Below are positions 11,331 to 23,671 of a stretch of DNA of 33,586 nt, in pieces. The notes beneath the pieces are model-generated. The model saw nothing but the letters and a program-made list of their open reading frames with translations. It made no database searches and was not told the origin of the DNA. Source of the DNA: Octopus bimaculoides (taxonomy: Eukaryota); the NCBI RefSeq assembly GCF_001194135.2, contig NC_069003.1, positions 24,616,617-24,650,202 on the forward strand, in the 5' to 3' direction. The position numbers were made by a program, and so were the translations under genes. Position 1 is the first letter of the stretch, and each line of letters begins with the position of its first letter.

Positions 11331-13038
11331 ATATGTGATATATTCACATACACTCATTCATATGGAAGTTAAAATGTTCAAGGCCGTGATAAAAGAGCTT
11401 CTTCCACCGTATCAGCAGATAGAAAAGTGGGCTAGACAGCTAACGAAAACGTTCATCAATCGCGTGCTTTTCCTGCTGGGGGGGGGNNNNNNNNNNCTGC
11501 TCAGCACTGTTGACATGAATCGAACCAACAATCCTTGAACCGATGTGTTTGTTACCTGTCAGCTGTGATTTGTACACCCAATTTTTTTTTCTTTCTCTTC
11601 CTCTGTCTTATTCACTTTCCTTCTTCGTTTTTACCTCTCTCTCTCTCTACCTCGTCTCATTTATCACTTCCCCCCCCCCTCTGTTCCTCTCTCTCTCTCT
11701 CTCTACCTTTTCCTCTTTTTCTACGTTGACCCAGTTATGTGATATCAATGTAGTGGGAAACGACGAGCAATAGAAGGAGGAGGAGGAGGAGGAGGAAGAG
11801 GCAATAACAAGTAAAGAAAAAGGTGGCTGTACAGGTAAAGTAGGTAACGACATAAGACAGAAAGATCAAATGCTATTGTTAGAGTGCGAAAAGGGAAAAA
11901 ACAATAAAATAGAAGTGAAATAAAAGTTACATAAATAATTAAACAAAGCGTTTCTACCCTTCTCCACTAGGAAATATTTTAACTAAAACCTAGTCTAAAA
12001 AGAAATTCTTTCAGAAAATTTAATGCTGTTTAAAGAACATTGATAATCAATGTTAAACACTTTTATCAGGTGAACCTGTTTTGTTCTTTGTTTAAACAAA
12101 CTATATTAGACAAATCAAGTATAGGTTGCTATGAATTGGAAATATGTTACAAAAACCGTATACAGTATTGCATTAGTTTAATTTATGTTATATTTTAAGA
12201 TAGTTATTCTTATTTTCTCTTAAATGTGCCTTTTAATTTCCCCTTCTTATTACCTGGGCCATCAAAATGCAAGCAATATCGCCATATTGATTAAATTTTT
12301 TTTTTTCTTAGAAATTACATTTTATTAAACTCACAAATGATTTTTTGCGGGGGCGAGAGGGCGTCGCTCACAGACAATAGAAAACCCATTTCATGGTTCA
12401 TTATATATATTGCAAAGTAAATGCTATATATACATATATAGTGTAAAGTAAATGTTAGCCACTATGGGGGTACGAACCTGGATGTGTGTGTATGTATGTG
12501 TGTGTAGAGAGAGAGAGAGTTAATAATCACTACCACTACTACTTTCTCTACATTGTTTTTTAAATGTACAGAATAAATATTATTTCGTTTTACACCACCA
12601 CCTTTTTTCATTCTTTCCTTTTCATTTTCTACCATCTCTCCTCTTTTCTACCTTTTCGCTTTCTTATTCTCCTGTGTGTTTTCTAATTTCTTTCATACCC
12701 CCTCCCCTCACTCTCTATACATACATACATACATATATATATATACATACATACATATATATATATATATACATACATANNNNNNNNNNNNNNNNNNNNN
12801 NNNNNNNNNNNNNNNNNNNNNNNNNNNNNNNNNNNNNNNNNNNNNNNNNNNNNNNNNNNNNNNNNNNNNNNNNNNNNNNNNNNNNNNNNNNNNNNNNNNN
12901 NNNNNNNNNNNNNNNNNNNNNNNNNNNNNNNNNNNNNNNNNNNNNNNNNNNNNNNNNNNNNNNNNNNNNNNNNNNNNNNNNNNNNNNNNNNNNNNNNNNN
13001 NNNNNNNNNNNNNNNNNNNNNNNNNNNNNNNNNNNNNN

Positions 13039-13073
<35 letters not shown>

Positions 13074-14604
13074 CATACAATTATCTCTGTTTATCGTCGT
13101 GTATAATAATTAGGTCAAAATACTTTTTTGACAGTTTTTAAATCTCTTCCCTGTACCCGCCTCTAAGATTTAAACACCCTCACACACAGTTTCGTCAATT
13201 GCAATCTCCCTCTATTTCTCTTTCCCTTTTCCTTCCACCTCTGTCTCACACTCGTATTGAAAGCGTGCATATTAACTAAGTGTCATATTCACATACACAC
13301 ACACAATTATATTTAGTCAATTTCAAACTCTGCCCCCTACTTCATTATACACGAACATAGTCATCTTAACACGTTCTCTTACAGAGTCAGTCATTCATAG
13401 AAATGAACGGGAAGACTTCTGTGCGGTTACTTATAGCTGCTAGAAATAGCAGTCACCTCTTCCTCGAAGCCTACTTTACGTCTTAAATAGAGACAGAATG
13501 TAGCAGTCCTTGATATACAAAAAGACGGGATGGACACAACCAGAATGCTTGATCAGAAATAAGTGCGAGTCAAACAACCTTGTTATTTTCTCACACAAAA
13601 TTAATCATTCGCACACCTTACTTATATGTATGTGGAGGTGGTGGTGGTAAGGGAAGTAACTTAAAAAAAAAAATCAAATGACAAATTCCGGAGAATCTAG
13701 AAAATCTAAGTATAATGAAATCAACGGACATGTTTCGGCCTTATTAAGCGTTCTCAACGAAGCAAATTTTGTTTAGTTGGCAAGACTAAGCGTAATAAAT
13801 ATGAGGGAATGCTGAAAACTTCCTGGCTTTAAGGGTGTCGCGAAAGGCCTGGCTGGAGGCCTTAACCTTCCGAATTCTTTGACAGGACTTAGAAAAACTG
13901 AAGGACTGCTGCAATAAGTGTGTAAATCTGAGAGGGGAATAAGTTGAATAATAAAATCATAATTAACTGATCCTCCTGTATTTTCTTTTACCCAAAGCCA
14001 GGAATTTTGATAATGGAAATTATGGGGCAAGAAAGCTCTTCAAAATATTTAATTCCCCTCCCTCCATTAATTTTTTTGTTTGTTTTAATGTGTTTCCTTT
14101 TTTTTTTCTTTTTTTTTTTTTTTCTACATTTAAAAATATAGAGACTACCTTTCTGAAAAAGAAAAAGAAAAAATAGTTCAAAATTTGATATTTTTAATGC
14201 AGATTGCTTTGTGATCAGAAAACGAAACACCACTCAAAAGAATACTCTCACAAAGTGACTTCTTAGTGCACATACAGTTAGGTAATAGTACTTTGTCTAC
14301 AAGCCATATCAGCTCAGTTCTCTCTTCAAATGAAAGGCAAGAAGAACTCAAGTGCTGGAGTCTACACTGTCCAGTTTCATAGATCTTACCAAACTGTCTT
14401 TGGGTGCTTTTTTGTCTTATACACACACATCACTATTTAGTCTTTAGTCCTCCACTCACACACAAACAAATCTCCTAGGCCTCACTGAGGAGATGACAAG
14501 GGACCAAAACTTCTGCTGATTTGCTGTGCCTGAGAAAACATGTCAAGCTAAATAAAATCATGGCTTTTACGGCCATGCCCTCTGCGGATTTCTCAGCTAA
14601 GAGG

Positions 14605-15330
14605 CTCTTGTCTTGTAAAAAGCACCAATGCTGGTGCCGTGTATAGAGCACCTGTGCTGGTGCCACATATTAGCACTGGTGCTGGTGTCACATAAAAGCA
14701 CCCAGTATACTCTGTAAAGTGTTTGGAGTTAGGAAGGGCACCCAGCTACAGAAACAATGCCCAAAGCAGACAATTGGAGCTTGGTGAGCTCTCTGGTTGG
14801 CAAGCTCCTGTCAAACTGTCCAACCCATGTTGTTGTTGGCACTCCGTCGCTTACGACGTCGAGGGTTCCAGTTGATCCAATCAACGGAACAGCGTGCTTG
14901 TGAAATTAACGTGCAAGTAGTTGAGCACTCCACAGACACGTGTACCCTTAATGTAGTTCTCGGGGGATATTCAGCGTGACACAGAATATGACAAGGCTGA
15001 CCCTTTGAAATACAGGCACAACAGAAACAGAAAGTAAGAGTGAGAGAAAGTTGTGGTGAAAGAGTACAGCAGGGTTCGCCACCATCCCCTGCCGGAGCCT
15101 AGTGGAGCTTTAGGTGTTTTNNNNNNNNNNGGTTCGCCACCATCCCCTGCCGGAGCCTAGTGGAGCTTTAGGTGTTTTCGCTCAATAAACACTCACAACG
15201 CCTGGTCTGGGAATTGAAACCGCGATCCTATGACCGCGAGTCCGCTGCCCTAACCACTGTGGCATTGCGCCCCCACTGTCCAACCCATACCAGCATGGAA
15301 AACAAACATTAAAGGATGTTGCTGCTATTG
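14605..15330 (+). mobile_element. RTE 3' tail element (family D) interrupted by a family A SINE
   Basis: ggagttaggaagggcacccagctacagaaac...ctgtccaacccat|SINE|ctgtccaacccataccagcatggaaaac. Confidence 0.8.
14829..15276 (-). mobile_element. Family A SINE, full length, with TSD
   Basis: TSD tgtccaacccat at 14817-14828 and 15277-15288; (caa)n tail. Confidence 0.92.
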
Positions 15331-15787
15331 CTGATGATAATGATTACTGTGATGTTTTGCTTAATTTTTTCATATAAAATTATTTGCCGATAATTTATTC
15401 TAATCAGATCATTATTTTAAATTCATTACATTTTTTAAGCAGCTGTAACAACAAACACGTTTGATTTCTCTTTCTCTTGCCTTCTCCTTTTCTCCTTTGC
15501 TGTCTCCCTTTTGCAGTCTTCCTCACTCACCTTGTTTCTTACCATGAGAGTACATCAGAGAAAATGTGAGAAAGCAATGGTAAAAATAACATCCAACCTG
15601 TTTCACTCTCTCTCATTCTTTCTGTTATTCTCTTTAACTGTAGCACTCTATTGCTCCCTCATTTTTCTCACGAATTTTTAGCACACACATAACCTAGATA
15701 ACTTATATCCAACCTGCATGGCCTTTGTAAGCAGTGACCTTGAAAACATTCTCATCTTAGGATATAAGCAATCTAATTCAACACCAT

Positions 15788-16172
15788 GTTGTTATCACTC
15801 CGTCGCTTACGACGTCGAGGGTTCCAGTTGATCCGATCAACGGAACAGCCTGCTCGTGAAATTACCATGGAAGTGGCTGAGCACTCCACAGACACGTGTA
15901 CCCTTAACGTAGTTCTCAGGGATATTCAGCGTGACACAGTGTGACAAGGCTGACCCCTTTGAATTACAGGCACAACAGAAACAGGAAGAAAGAGTGAGAG
16001 AAAGTTGGGGTGAAAGAGTACAGAAGGGTTCGCCACCATCCCCTGCCGGAGCCTTGGGGAGCTTTAGGTGTTTTCGCTCAATAAACACTCACAACACCCG
16101 GTCTGGGAATCGAAACCGCGATCCTATGACCGCGAGTCCGCTGCCCTAACCACTGGGCCATTGCGTCTCCAC
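15788..16172 (-). mobile_element. Family A SINE, full length, with TSD
   Basis: TSD aattcaacaccat at 15775-15787 and 16173-16185. Confidence 0.93.
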
Positions 16173-16589
16173 AATTCAACACCATAGATATATAGCATAG
16201 ATATATAGTCATTGAACGTTGCTTGGAAACAGCATTCTACATTTTGTGCTGCATGCTTTTTCAAAGTCACCAGTTCATCACCAATGATTTTTCTTCCTTG
16301 GCAATTCATGACCTATAAAAATTGTGTCCAAAGGACTGACTTTTCTCTTTGGAGGAGTCAGAGAATACTTCAGGGTGAAGTTTTGGGATAGTTTTTACTC
16401 CCTCAAGGAGGAAGAAAAGGGTACAGAATTCAAGAGGTGTGTAATAATGTAGAGAAAAAAAAAAAGTTTCGTGATTCATGATTGCAATTCTCATTGTATG
16501 AAACACAGAATTACTAAAAAAAAAATGGAGAAAAATACCCCTCCAAACCTGTACTGTTTCCCTGAAATAATGATAGCTATTACATTATT

Positions 16590-16814
16590 CTATCTATTTA
16601 TCTCTCTGTCTGTCTATCTATCTATCTATCTATCTGTCTGTCTGCACATCTGTCTTTCTATCTATCTATCTATCTATCTGTCTGTTCATCTATTTAGCTA
16701 CCCAGCTGTCTGTCTATCTATCTGTCTGTCTATCTATCTATCTGTCTGTTTGTCTATCTCTTAATCTGTCTGTCTATTTATCTGTTTCTCTGTCTTTCTG
16801 TCTGCCTGCTCGTG

Positions 16815-16865
<51 letters not shown>

Positions 16866-16885
16866 GTCTGTCTGTCTGTCTGTCA
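16590..16885. repeat. (TCTA)n/(TCTG)n tetranucleotide array
   Basis: Direct observation. Confidence 0.95.
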
Positions 16886-17600
16886 ATTCATCTCTTCTGT
16901 CTGTCTTAGATTTTCCTTNNNNNNNNNNNNNNNNNNNNNNNNNNNNNNNNNNNNNNNNNNNNNNNNNNNNNNNNNNNNNNNNNNNNNNNNNNNNNNNNNN
17001 NNNNNNNNNNNNNNNNNNNNNNNNNNNNNNNNNNNNNNNNNNNNNNNNNNNNNNNNNNNNNNNNNNNNNNNNNNNNNNNNNNNNNNNNNNNNNNNNNNNN
17101 NNNNNNNNNNNNNNNNNNNNNNNNNNNNNNNNNNNNNNNNNNNNNNNNNNNNNNNNNNNNNNNNNNNNNNNNNNNNNNNNNNNNNNNNNNNNNNNNNNNN
17201 NNNNNNNNNNNNNNNNNNNNNNNNNNNNNNNNNNNNNNNNNNNNNNNNNNNNNNNNNNNNNNNNNNNNNNNNNNNNNNNNNNNNNNNNNNNNNNNNNNNN
17301 NNNNNNNNNNNNNNNNNNNNNNNNNNNNNNNNNNNNNNNNNNNNNNNNNNNNNNNNNNNNNNNNNNNNNNNNNNNNNNNNNNNNNNNNNNNNNNNNNNNN
17401 NNNNNNNNNNNNNNNNNNNNNNNNNNNNNNNNNNNNNNNNNNNNNNNNNNNNNNNNNNNNNNNNNNNNNNNNNNNNNNNNNNNNNNNNNNNNNNNNNNNN
17501 NNNNNNNNNNNNNNNNNNNNNNNNNNNNNNNNNNNNNNNNNNNNNNNNNNNNNNNNNNNNNNNNNNNNNNNNNNNNNNNNNNNNNNNNNNNNNNNNNNNN

Positions 17601-17642
<42 letters not shown>

Positions 17643-17663
17643 TCCTCCTCCTCCTCCCCCTCC

Positions 17664-17694
<31 letters not shown>

Positions 17695-17695
17695 T
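17601..17695. repeat. Compound (GTC)n(TCC)n(TTA)n microsatellite
   Basis: Direct observation. Confidence 0.95.
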
Positions 17696-18290
17696 TCCGG
17701 CTTAGCAAAGGTGGGGTTATTGTTTTCAACCATGTTTGTTTGCTTGTTTGTTTGTCTGTGGACAAGATATCTCAAGAACCGCTGGATGGATTTGGATGAA
17801 ACTTTCAGGGATGTTTGACCTCGTGACTGGCACAAACTGATTAGATTTTGGGATCGATCCGGTACTGGACAAGAATTCTGGATTATTTGTTATATTTACT
17901 TTACCTTACATGATTTACGATCTTACATTAACTTTCAAGTCTTTCTCAATTATCTTCCTTTAGGCTGTCACTATTTTGTAATGGTGAATTTGTTAACTTT
18001 GGCTTGTATTGGACAAGGATAAACTATTTATTAATGTTACTAAATTTTTTACAGCCACTTCACATTCCATGACTGCCATTGGGATCAATCAGGTACCAGA
18101 CAAGGGTTCTTAATTATTTTTCTGTTTGTTTTTTTTTTACAGAGCAGTCAGGTTCATTTTTAGTATTGTCGTTTGTGAGAGCAGTTGAGTTCATTTCAGA
18201 TACTCTCATTTAAAAAATCATCTCTGGCTAATCATTGAAAGGATGTTGGCGTTGCCTTGGTGGAGGTTTGCGCTCTCTGAGTGCTCTTGT
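17690..18290 (+). mobile_element. Non-autonomous DNA element (Crypton-V or Helentron-HINE-like architecture)
   Basis: Start ttacttcc...aaaggtggggttattgttttc with internal (tttg)n and gatggatttggatgaaactttcaggg; end gccttggtggaggtttgcgctctctgagtgctc; internal duplication 17846-17890 vs 18078-18120; class assigned from recalled similarity only. Confidence 0.5.
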
Positions 18291-18293
18291 TAC

Positions 18294-18334
<41 letters not shown>

Positions 18335-18490
18335 TCTCTTTGTGTTCTGATTTCAAATTTTGCTCAGGTTGACTTTGCCTTTCGTCCTTTCAGGGTTGAT
18401 AAATTAAGTACCAGATGAGTACTGGGGTCAATGTAATCAACTTAGGCCCTCCTCCATAATTTCAGGCCTTGTATCTATAGTAGAAAGGAT
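18335..18490 (+). mobile_element. Family C SINE, 5' truncated
   Basis: gactttgcctttcgtcctttcagggttgataaattaagtacc...caggccttgtatctatagtagaaagg(att)n. Confidence 0.8.
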
Positions 18491-18504
18491 TATCATTATT
18501 ATTA

Positions 18505-18712
18505 AGGCAGCAAGCTGGTAGAATCATTAGCACACCAGGCGAAATGCTTAACGGTTTTTGTCTGTCATTACGTTCTCAGTTTAAATTCTACTGAGGTTGA
18601 CTTTGCCTTTCATCCTTTCGGGATCAATAATTTAAGTACCAGTGGAACACTGGGGTCGATGTAATCGATTATCCCCCTCCCCCAAATTTCAGGCCTTGTG
18701 TCTATAGTAGAA
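18505..18712 (+). mobile_element. Family C SINE, full length, between (ATT)n arrays
   Basis: ggcagcaagctggtagaatc head; same domain and tail as the preceding copy. Confidence 0.85.
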
Positions 18713-18730
18713 ATTATTATTATTATTATT

Positions 18731-20040
18731 CCTTCGTAACACAGTGTAGGTAAAAATGTACCGGAGTCTTTAGTCATCTGTCAAGTCACAACAAGGACCT
18801 CAGACAGATAATACTTTCCTTAAGATGTGCGCTGTACCCAATAAGACTGCTTTTTGCAAGACAAATCTTGCATGGGATTTCCAGTTGCCTTATGAAGTCT
18901 TGAAGTTTCAATGGGATTGAGCCCAACACTCCGATCACCACTGGTATCACTTTTACATTACCCTCTCGCATTCCATACAGTCTTGTCATTTCCACTTTCA
19001 ATTTGAGTACTTTGTGATATTTTCAACCTCTTTATTNNNNNNNNNNNNNNNNNNNNNNNNNNNNNNNNNNNNNNNNNNNNNNNNNNNNNNNNNNNNNNNN
19101 NNNNNNNNNNNNNNNNNNNNNNNNNNNNNNNNNNNNNNNNNNNNNNNNNNNNNNNNNNNNNNNNNNNNNNNNNNNNNNNNNNNNNNNNNNNNNNNNNNNN
19201 NNNNNNNNNNNNNNNNNNNNNNNNNNNNNNNNNNNNNNNNNNNNNNNNNNNNNNNNNNNNNNNNNNNNNNNNNNNNNNNNNNNNNNNNNNNNNNNNNNNN
19301 NNNNNNNNNNNNNNNNNNNNNNNNNNNNNNNNNNNNNNNNNNNNNNNNNNNNNNNNNNNNNNNNNNNNNNNNNNNNNNNNNNNNNNNNNNNNNNNNNNNN
19401 NNNNNNNNNNNNNNNNNNNNNNNNNNNNNNNNNNNNNNNNNNNNNNNNNNNNNNNNNNNNNNNNNNNNTTTCTGTGTCTTCACATCCATACTCATCAGTT
19501 CTTTCTTTTGCCAGTTTATGGTTCCAGCTCCATACCGGAGACACCCTTCGGTCATGACTGACCATGGGATTGCACCTAGAAAGTTAACCTTCCCAGGCAC
19601 AAGTCCGGGCAAGGTTGTTTATGGAAGACCAGCAGTCACCCATGGATACCGGCCTCCCCTCTCCATGCCACCAGTGTTATCCAAGGGAAAGGCAAAAGGG
19701 CCGATACAGCTTGGCATCTGTGACATCGCAACTCATTTCTACAACTGAGTGAACTGGAGCAACATGAAACGAAGTGTCTTGCTCAAGAACACAACATGCA
19801 GCCCGGTCCGAGATTCGAATTCACAACCTCACAATCGTACGCTCGATGCTCTAACCACTGAGCCATGCACCTCCATACCAAAGTGATGTTATTGCCATGT
19901 ATTTACTGCTTGGATTTTATTCCATCCAGTCAATTCTGAGCACAATGCCAATCTTAGTTTTCGGAAGTATTCTTTCCTCAGCTGGGTTTTTTTTTTCATT
20001 TCTTTCTCCATGATTTCATAATTATTATTATTTCACATTT
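18731..20040 (-). mobile_element. R4/Dong-like RLE LINE fragment spanning a gap, with a SINE inserted
   Basis: QLRKEYFRKLRL...NKIQAVNTW, RYGAGTINWQKKELMSMDVKT, VKVIPVVIGVLGSIP; 3' end abuts (ATT)n. Confidence 0.82.
19537..19874 (-). mobile_element. SINE family E (tRNA-like head, gtgttcttgagcaagacac domain)
   Basis: Head ggaggtgcatggctcagtggttagagc...gaattcgaatctc; TSD ctccatacc at 19528-19536 and 19871-19879. Confidence 0.85.
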
Positions 20041-20074
20041 CCCAGACTGATTGTATGTCAATATATTGAGATCC

Positions 20075-20770
20075 TAACCATGTCATAACTAATTCCAGTC
20101 AACTTTCTTATTCCAGTTACATTGACATAACTTTTCTCAAAATCATGGCTGATTTAAGCAGTGCTGTTTTCTGGAGCATCTCAGTCTTGATAGTGGGTCC
20201 AAGTTTGCCCAGCCACTTCTGAAATTGGTTTGTTATGGTTCCAAGTGTCTCTCTGTCACAACATCTATAACCTCCACTTTCCTTAATTCCCACAAACATT
20301 CTATCTCATGTTTCAAATTTTGATACTTATTCACTTTGTCCTCCTCTTTCTTTACCATGCAGCTATTTCCTGGGACAATGATATCAATAATCCAAGCAAT
20401 ATCTTTCTTCTTTCTCAATGAGGATCAAATCACGTCTTCTCTCCTCAATCACATTGTCACATTGCTCATTGAAATCCGATAGCAATTTCACCATATCATT
20501 TTCCATTACAGCAGGTAGCTGGTGTTTATACCTCTTGTTAGCTCATTCTGAGTTGTATATCCTACATAAAACCCAATGTACGATTCCAGCAGCATTGTCA
20601 TGCCATCTTTTGTTCTTCCTCTGTGCCAAAGAGCTACATTCACAAACAATGTGGTTTGTGGTTTCTCCAAACTTTCCACAATTCTGCACAACAGCAATTT
20701 GATTGTTCTGTCATGTGGAATTTTACATAGCTGTTTCTTAATGTTTGCTCTTGAGCAGCACAAATAAGAG
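20075..20770 (-). mobile_element. R4/Dong-like LINE 3' fragment (CCHC knuckle plus RLE)
   Basis: Frameshifted CRICGKFGETTNHIVCEC...WHD, IIDIIVPG...KVNKYQNLKHEIECLW, LQKTALLKSAMILRKVMSM. Confidence 0.88.
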
Positions 20771-20794
20771 CTATTATTATTATTATTATTTTTT

Positions 20795-21241
20795 TTTACT
20801 TTTAATTTGCATGTTTGTTACAATCCCTTGCCAAGACACTCCCAGTGTCCTAAGGTGAGTGAAGGATATGACTGAAAGTTTGGAGAGGGGAGAGTAGCAG
20901 GGGCAGTAACAAAACATTCTTCACTGTAATACAACATAAACATTTAAACTGATAGGGTTTTTCTAAGGATCTGGGCAGTACTTGTCAGCACAATCTTTTG
21001 GCTTTCTCTGAGACATGATTCTCCTGGGATGTTTTCTAGATGTTTCTGACATCCCTTATTTATCATACCTAGAGCACCTACAATAACAGGAACAGTTCTC
21101 ACTTTAAGATGCCACATCTTTTGTATTTCAATTTCCAGGTCCTTATATTTACTTAATTTATCAAATTCCTTTGCAGATATATTTTCATCAGTGGGAACAC
21201 TGACATCTATTAGTCTACAAGTATTTGCTTCCCTGTCTTTA
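20795..21241 (-). mobile_element. R4/Dong-like LINE 3' fragment (RLE)
   Basis: LIDVSVPTDENISAKEFDKLSKYKDLEIEIQKMWHLKVRTVPVIVGALG; (ATT)n on both sides. Confidence 0.9.
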
Positions 21242-21277
<36 letters not shown>

Positions 21278-21480
21278 TAGGCTGCGAGCTGGCAGAATCA
21301 TTAGCACACAGGCTAAATGCTTAGAAGCATTTCATCTGTCTATACGTTCTGAGTTCAAATTCCACAGGAGTTGACTTTGCCTTTCATCCTTTCAGGGACG
21401 ATAAATTAAGTACCAGTGAAACACTGGGGTGAATGTAATTGGTTAGTACCCTCTACCAAAAGTTCAGGCCTTGTACCTAC
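21278..21480 (+). mobile_element. Family C SINE
   Basis: ggctgcgagctggcagaatc...gcctttcatcctttcaggg...gttcaggccttgtacctac. Confidence 0.85.
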
Positions 21481-21499
21481 TGCATCGTCATTATTTACA

Positions 21500-21950
21500 G
21501 CATGGACCTCCTACTTCCAATGACATATAAAGAAATCTGAAACCTTTCATTTGTGCAGACTGCATAATATCTGCAGTATAAAATAGCAGGATAAGACATC
21601 AAATGTCAAAATTTAAGAAACATTTGTTATCTCCGCTATCGAGAGCATACTGTCGAGAATTTAGTACAGTTGAACAGGATATGTTGTTTGAATGAAAGAC
21701 GATCGCATTCCAAAAATTCTTTTGTATGACCAATAAGTAGAGGGATTCCGCAGCAAAAGAAAACCCGTCCCTAGGTGTCTGTAAGAGTTGAAACAATCAC
21801 TAAAATCCTTACAGCTTAATTTAACATTCTGGAAAATTTATTGTCTAGGTCGATCTGATTGGCTTAGAATGTGTCATGATGCATCTAAACAATTTGTGTT
21901 TAAGAAAGAGAACAATAAAATTCATATACTGCAATCAACAGACACATTTA
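21500..21950 (+). mobile_element. RTE (BovB-like) LINE C-terminal relic
   Basis: IESILSRI...WTGYVV*MKDDRIPKILLY...LKQSLKSLQL...RSDWLRMCH resembles the RTE W.GHV.RM.D.RIPK.LLYG pattern. Confidence 0.75.
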
Positions 21951-22149
21951 TCCAATCCCTGGCAAAAACAGGATCATCATTGTCCTTATTATAACTTCTT
22001 AACAAAATCCATCCCAGGACTCAAATTACAATTGCACATCCATCACAAGTAGATACAGCTTTTATTTTTAATCCTTTATTTAGCTATTTCTTTTAATCTT
22101 TTCCTTCAAACACTCATATGTTGACATTAACAGGAGTGACCATCACTAT

Positions 22150-22365
22150 TTACCATATTCAGTGGGTTGGCAGAATCATTAGAGTGTTGGACAAAATGCC
22201 TCACTTCCTCCTTTATGTTCTCTGTTCAAATACTGCTGGGTATCAATATCGGTTTTCATTACCCTGGGTTGATAAAATAAAGTACCTGTCAAGTACAGTG
22301 GGCAATGGTATCAACTACCTCCATTCCCCTCAAAATTGCTGGCCTTATGTCTTAATTAGAAATCA
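22150..22365 (+). mobile_element. Family C SINE, old copy
   Basis: ggttggcagaatcattag...ttttcattaccctgggttgataaaataaagtacc...ggccttatgtcttaattagaa(att)n. Confidence 0.7.
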
Positions 22366-22454
22366 TTACTATTATCATTATCATTATTATTATTATCATT
22401 ATTATTATTATTATTATTATTAATAATAATGATAATAATAATTATAATAATAAT

Positions 22455-22590
22455 AAGGTGAGCTGGCAGAGTTGCTAGCATGCCAGGCGAAATGCTTACG
22501 GGTATTTCGTCTGCTACTACATTCTGAGTTCAAATTCCACCAAGGTCAACTTTGTCTTTCATCTTTTCGGGGTTGATTAAACAAGAACCA
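22455..22590 (+). mobile_element. Family C SINE, 3' truncated
   Basis: ggtgagctggcagagttgctagc...gtctttcatcttttcggggttg. Confidence 0.75.
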
Positions 22591-22597
22591 GTTATGC

Positions 22598-22880
22598 AGG
22601 ATTCCAGTTGAGCTGATCAAGGGAACAACCTGCTCATGAAGTTGACATGCAAATGGCTGAGCGCTCCACAGACACATCTACCCTTAACATAGTTCTCAGG
22701 GAGATTCAGAGGGACACAGAATGTGACAAAGCTGGCCCCTTGAATTACAGGTACAACTCATTTTTGCCAGCTGAGTTGACTGGAGCAACTTGAAACAGAG
22801 TGTGTTGCCCAAGGTCACAACATGCCACTGGGAATTGAACTCATGACCATACGATCATGAGCTGAATATCCTATCCACTG
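22598..22880 (-). mobile_element. Hybrid SINE (family E-type centre, family A-type 3' tail), copy 1
   Basis: Minus strand gtgaccttgggcaacacac...gttgctccagtcaactcagctggcaaaaatgag followed by the family A tail. Confidence 0.8.
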
Positions 22881-22884
22881 GCAC

Positions 22885-23185
22885 TCTGTTGCTTATGACA
22901 ATGAGGGTTCCAGTTGATCCGATCAATGGAACAACCTGCTTGTAAAATTAATGTGCAAGTGGCTGAGCACTCCACACACATACTCCTAACGTAATTCTCA
23001 GGGAGATTCAGCATGATACAGAGTGTGACAAAGCCCACCCTTTGAATTACAGGTACATCTTATTTTTACCAACTGAGTGAACTGGAGCAACATGAAAGTG
23101 TCTTGCTCAAGCACACAACACATTGCCCGGAATTGAACTCAGGACCTTACAATTGTGAGCTAAATACCCTAAGCATTAAGCCACA
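22885..23185 (-). mobile_element. Hybrid SINE, copy 2 (head-to-tail with copy 1)
   Basis: Same modules as 22598-22880, diverged. Confidence 0.8.
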
Positions 23186-23291
23186 AATAAAAGATTTAAA
23201 AATTGTGTTTGTTGGCTACATCAATCTTATTTTGTTATTGTATCAATAGTTATTGTATGGTATCAATATCTCTGCTGTATATAAACTCATT

Positions 23292-23671
23292 GTGGAGGCA
23301 CAATGGCCCAGTGGTTAGGGCAGCGGACTCGCGGTCATAGGATCGCGGTTTCAATTCCCAGACCGGGCGTTGTGAGTGTTTATTGAGCGAAAACACCTAA
23401 AGCTCCATGAGGCTCCGGCAAGGGATGGTGGAGAACCCTGCTGTATTCTTTCACCCCAACTTTCTCTTACTCTTTCTTCCTGTTTCTGTTGTAACTGTCA
23501 TTCAAAGGGTCAGCCTTGTCACACTCTATGTGACGCTGAATATCCCCGAGAACTACGTTAAGGTTACACGTGTCTGTGGAGTGCTCAGCCACTTGCACGT
23601 TAATTTCACGAGCAGGCTGTTCCGGATCAACTGGAACCCTCGTCGTCATAAGCGACGGAATGCCAATAACA
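23292..23671 (+). mobile_element. Family A SINE, full length, with TSD
   Basis: TSD atataaactcat at 23279-23290 and 23672-23683. Confidence 0.93.

Noticed and set aside
13720-13765. Minus-strand GAAACAUGUC hammerhead-like end
   Set aside because: The core has two mismatches (UUGAGAA) and stem I has only 2 bp
13801-13917. MREC-TGA-KLPGFKGVAKGLAGG..., a possible selenocysteine read-through
   Set aside because: No recognisable selenoprotein family, an upstream in-frame TAG, and no SECIS element identified
14219-14281. AG/GT-bounded 63-nt open segment (ENETPLKRILSQSDFLVHIQL)
   Set aside because: Weak polypyrimidine tract, no recognised homology and no partner exons; expected by chance
15071-15180. 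Apparent tandem duplication inside a SINE
   Set aside because: The identical copies flank a 10-N gap, typical of an unmerged contig overlap
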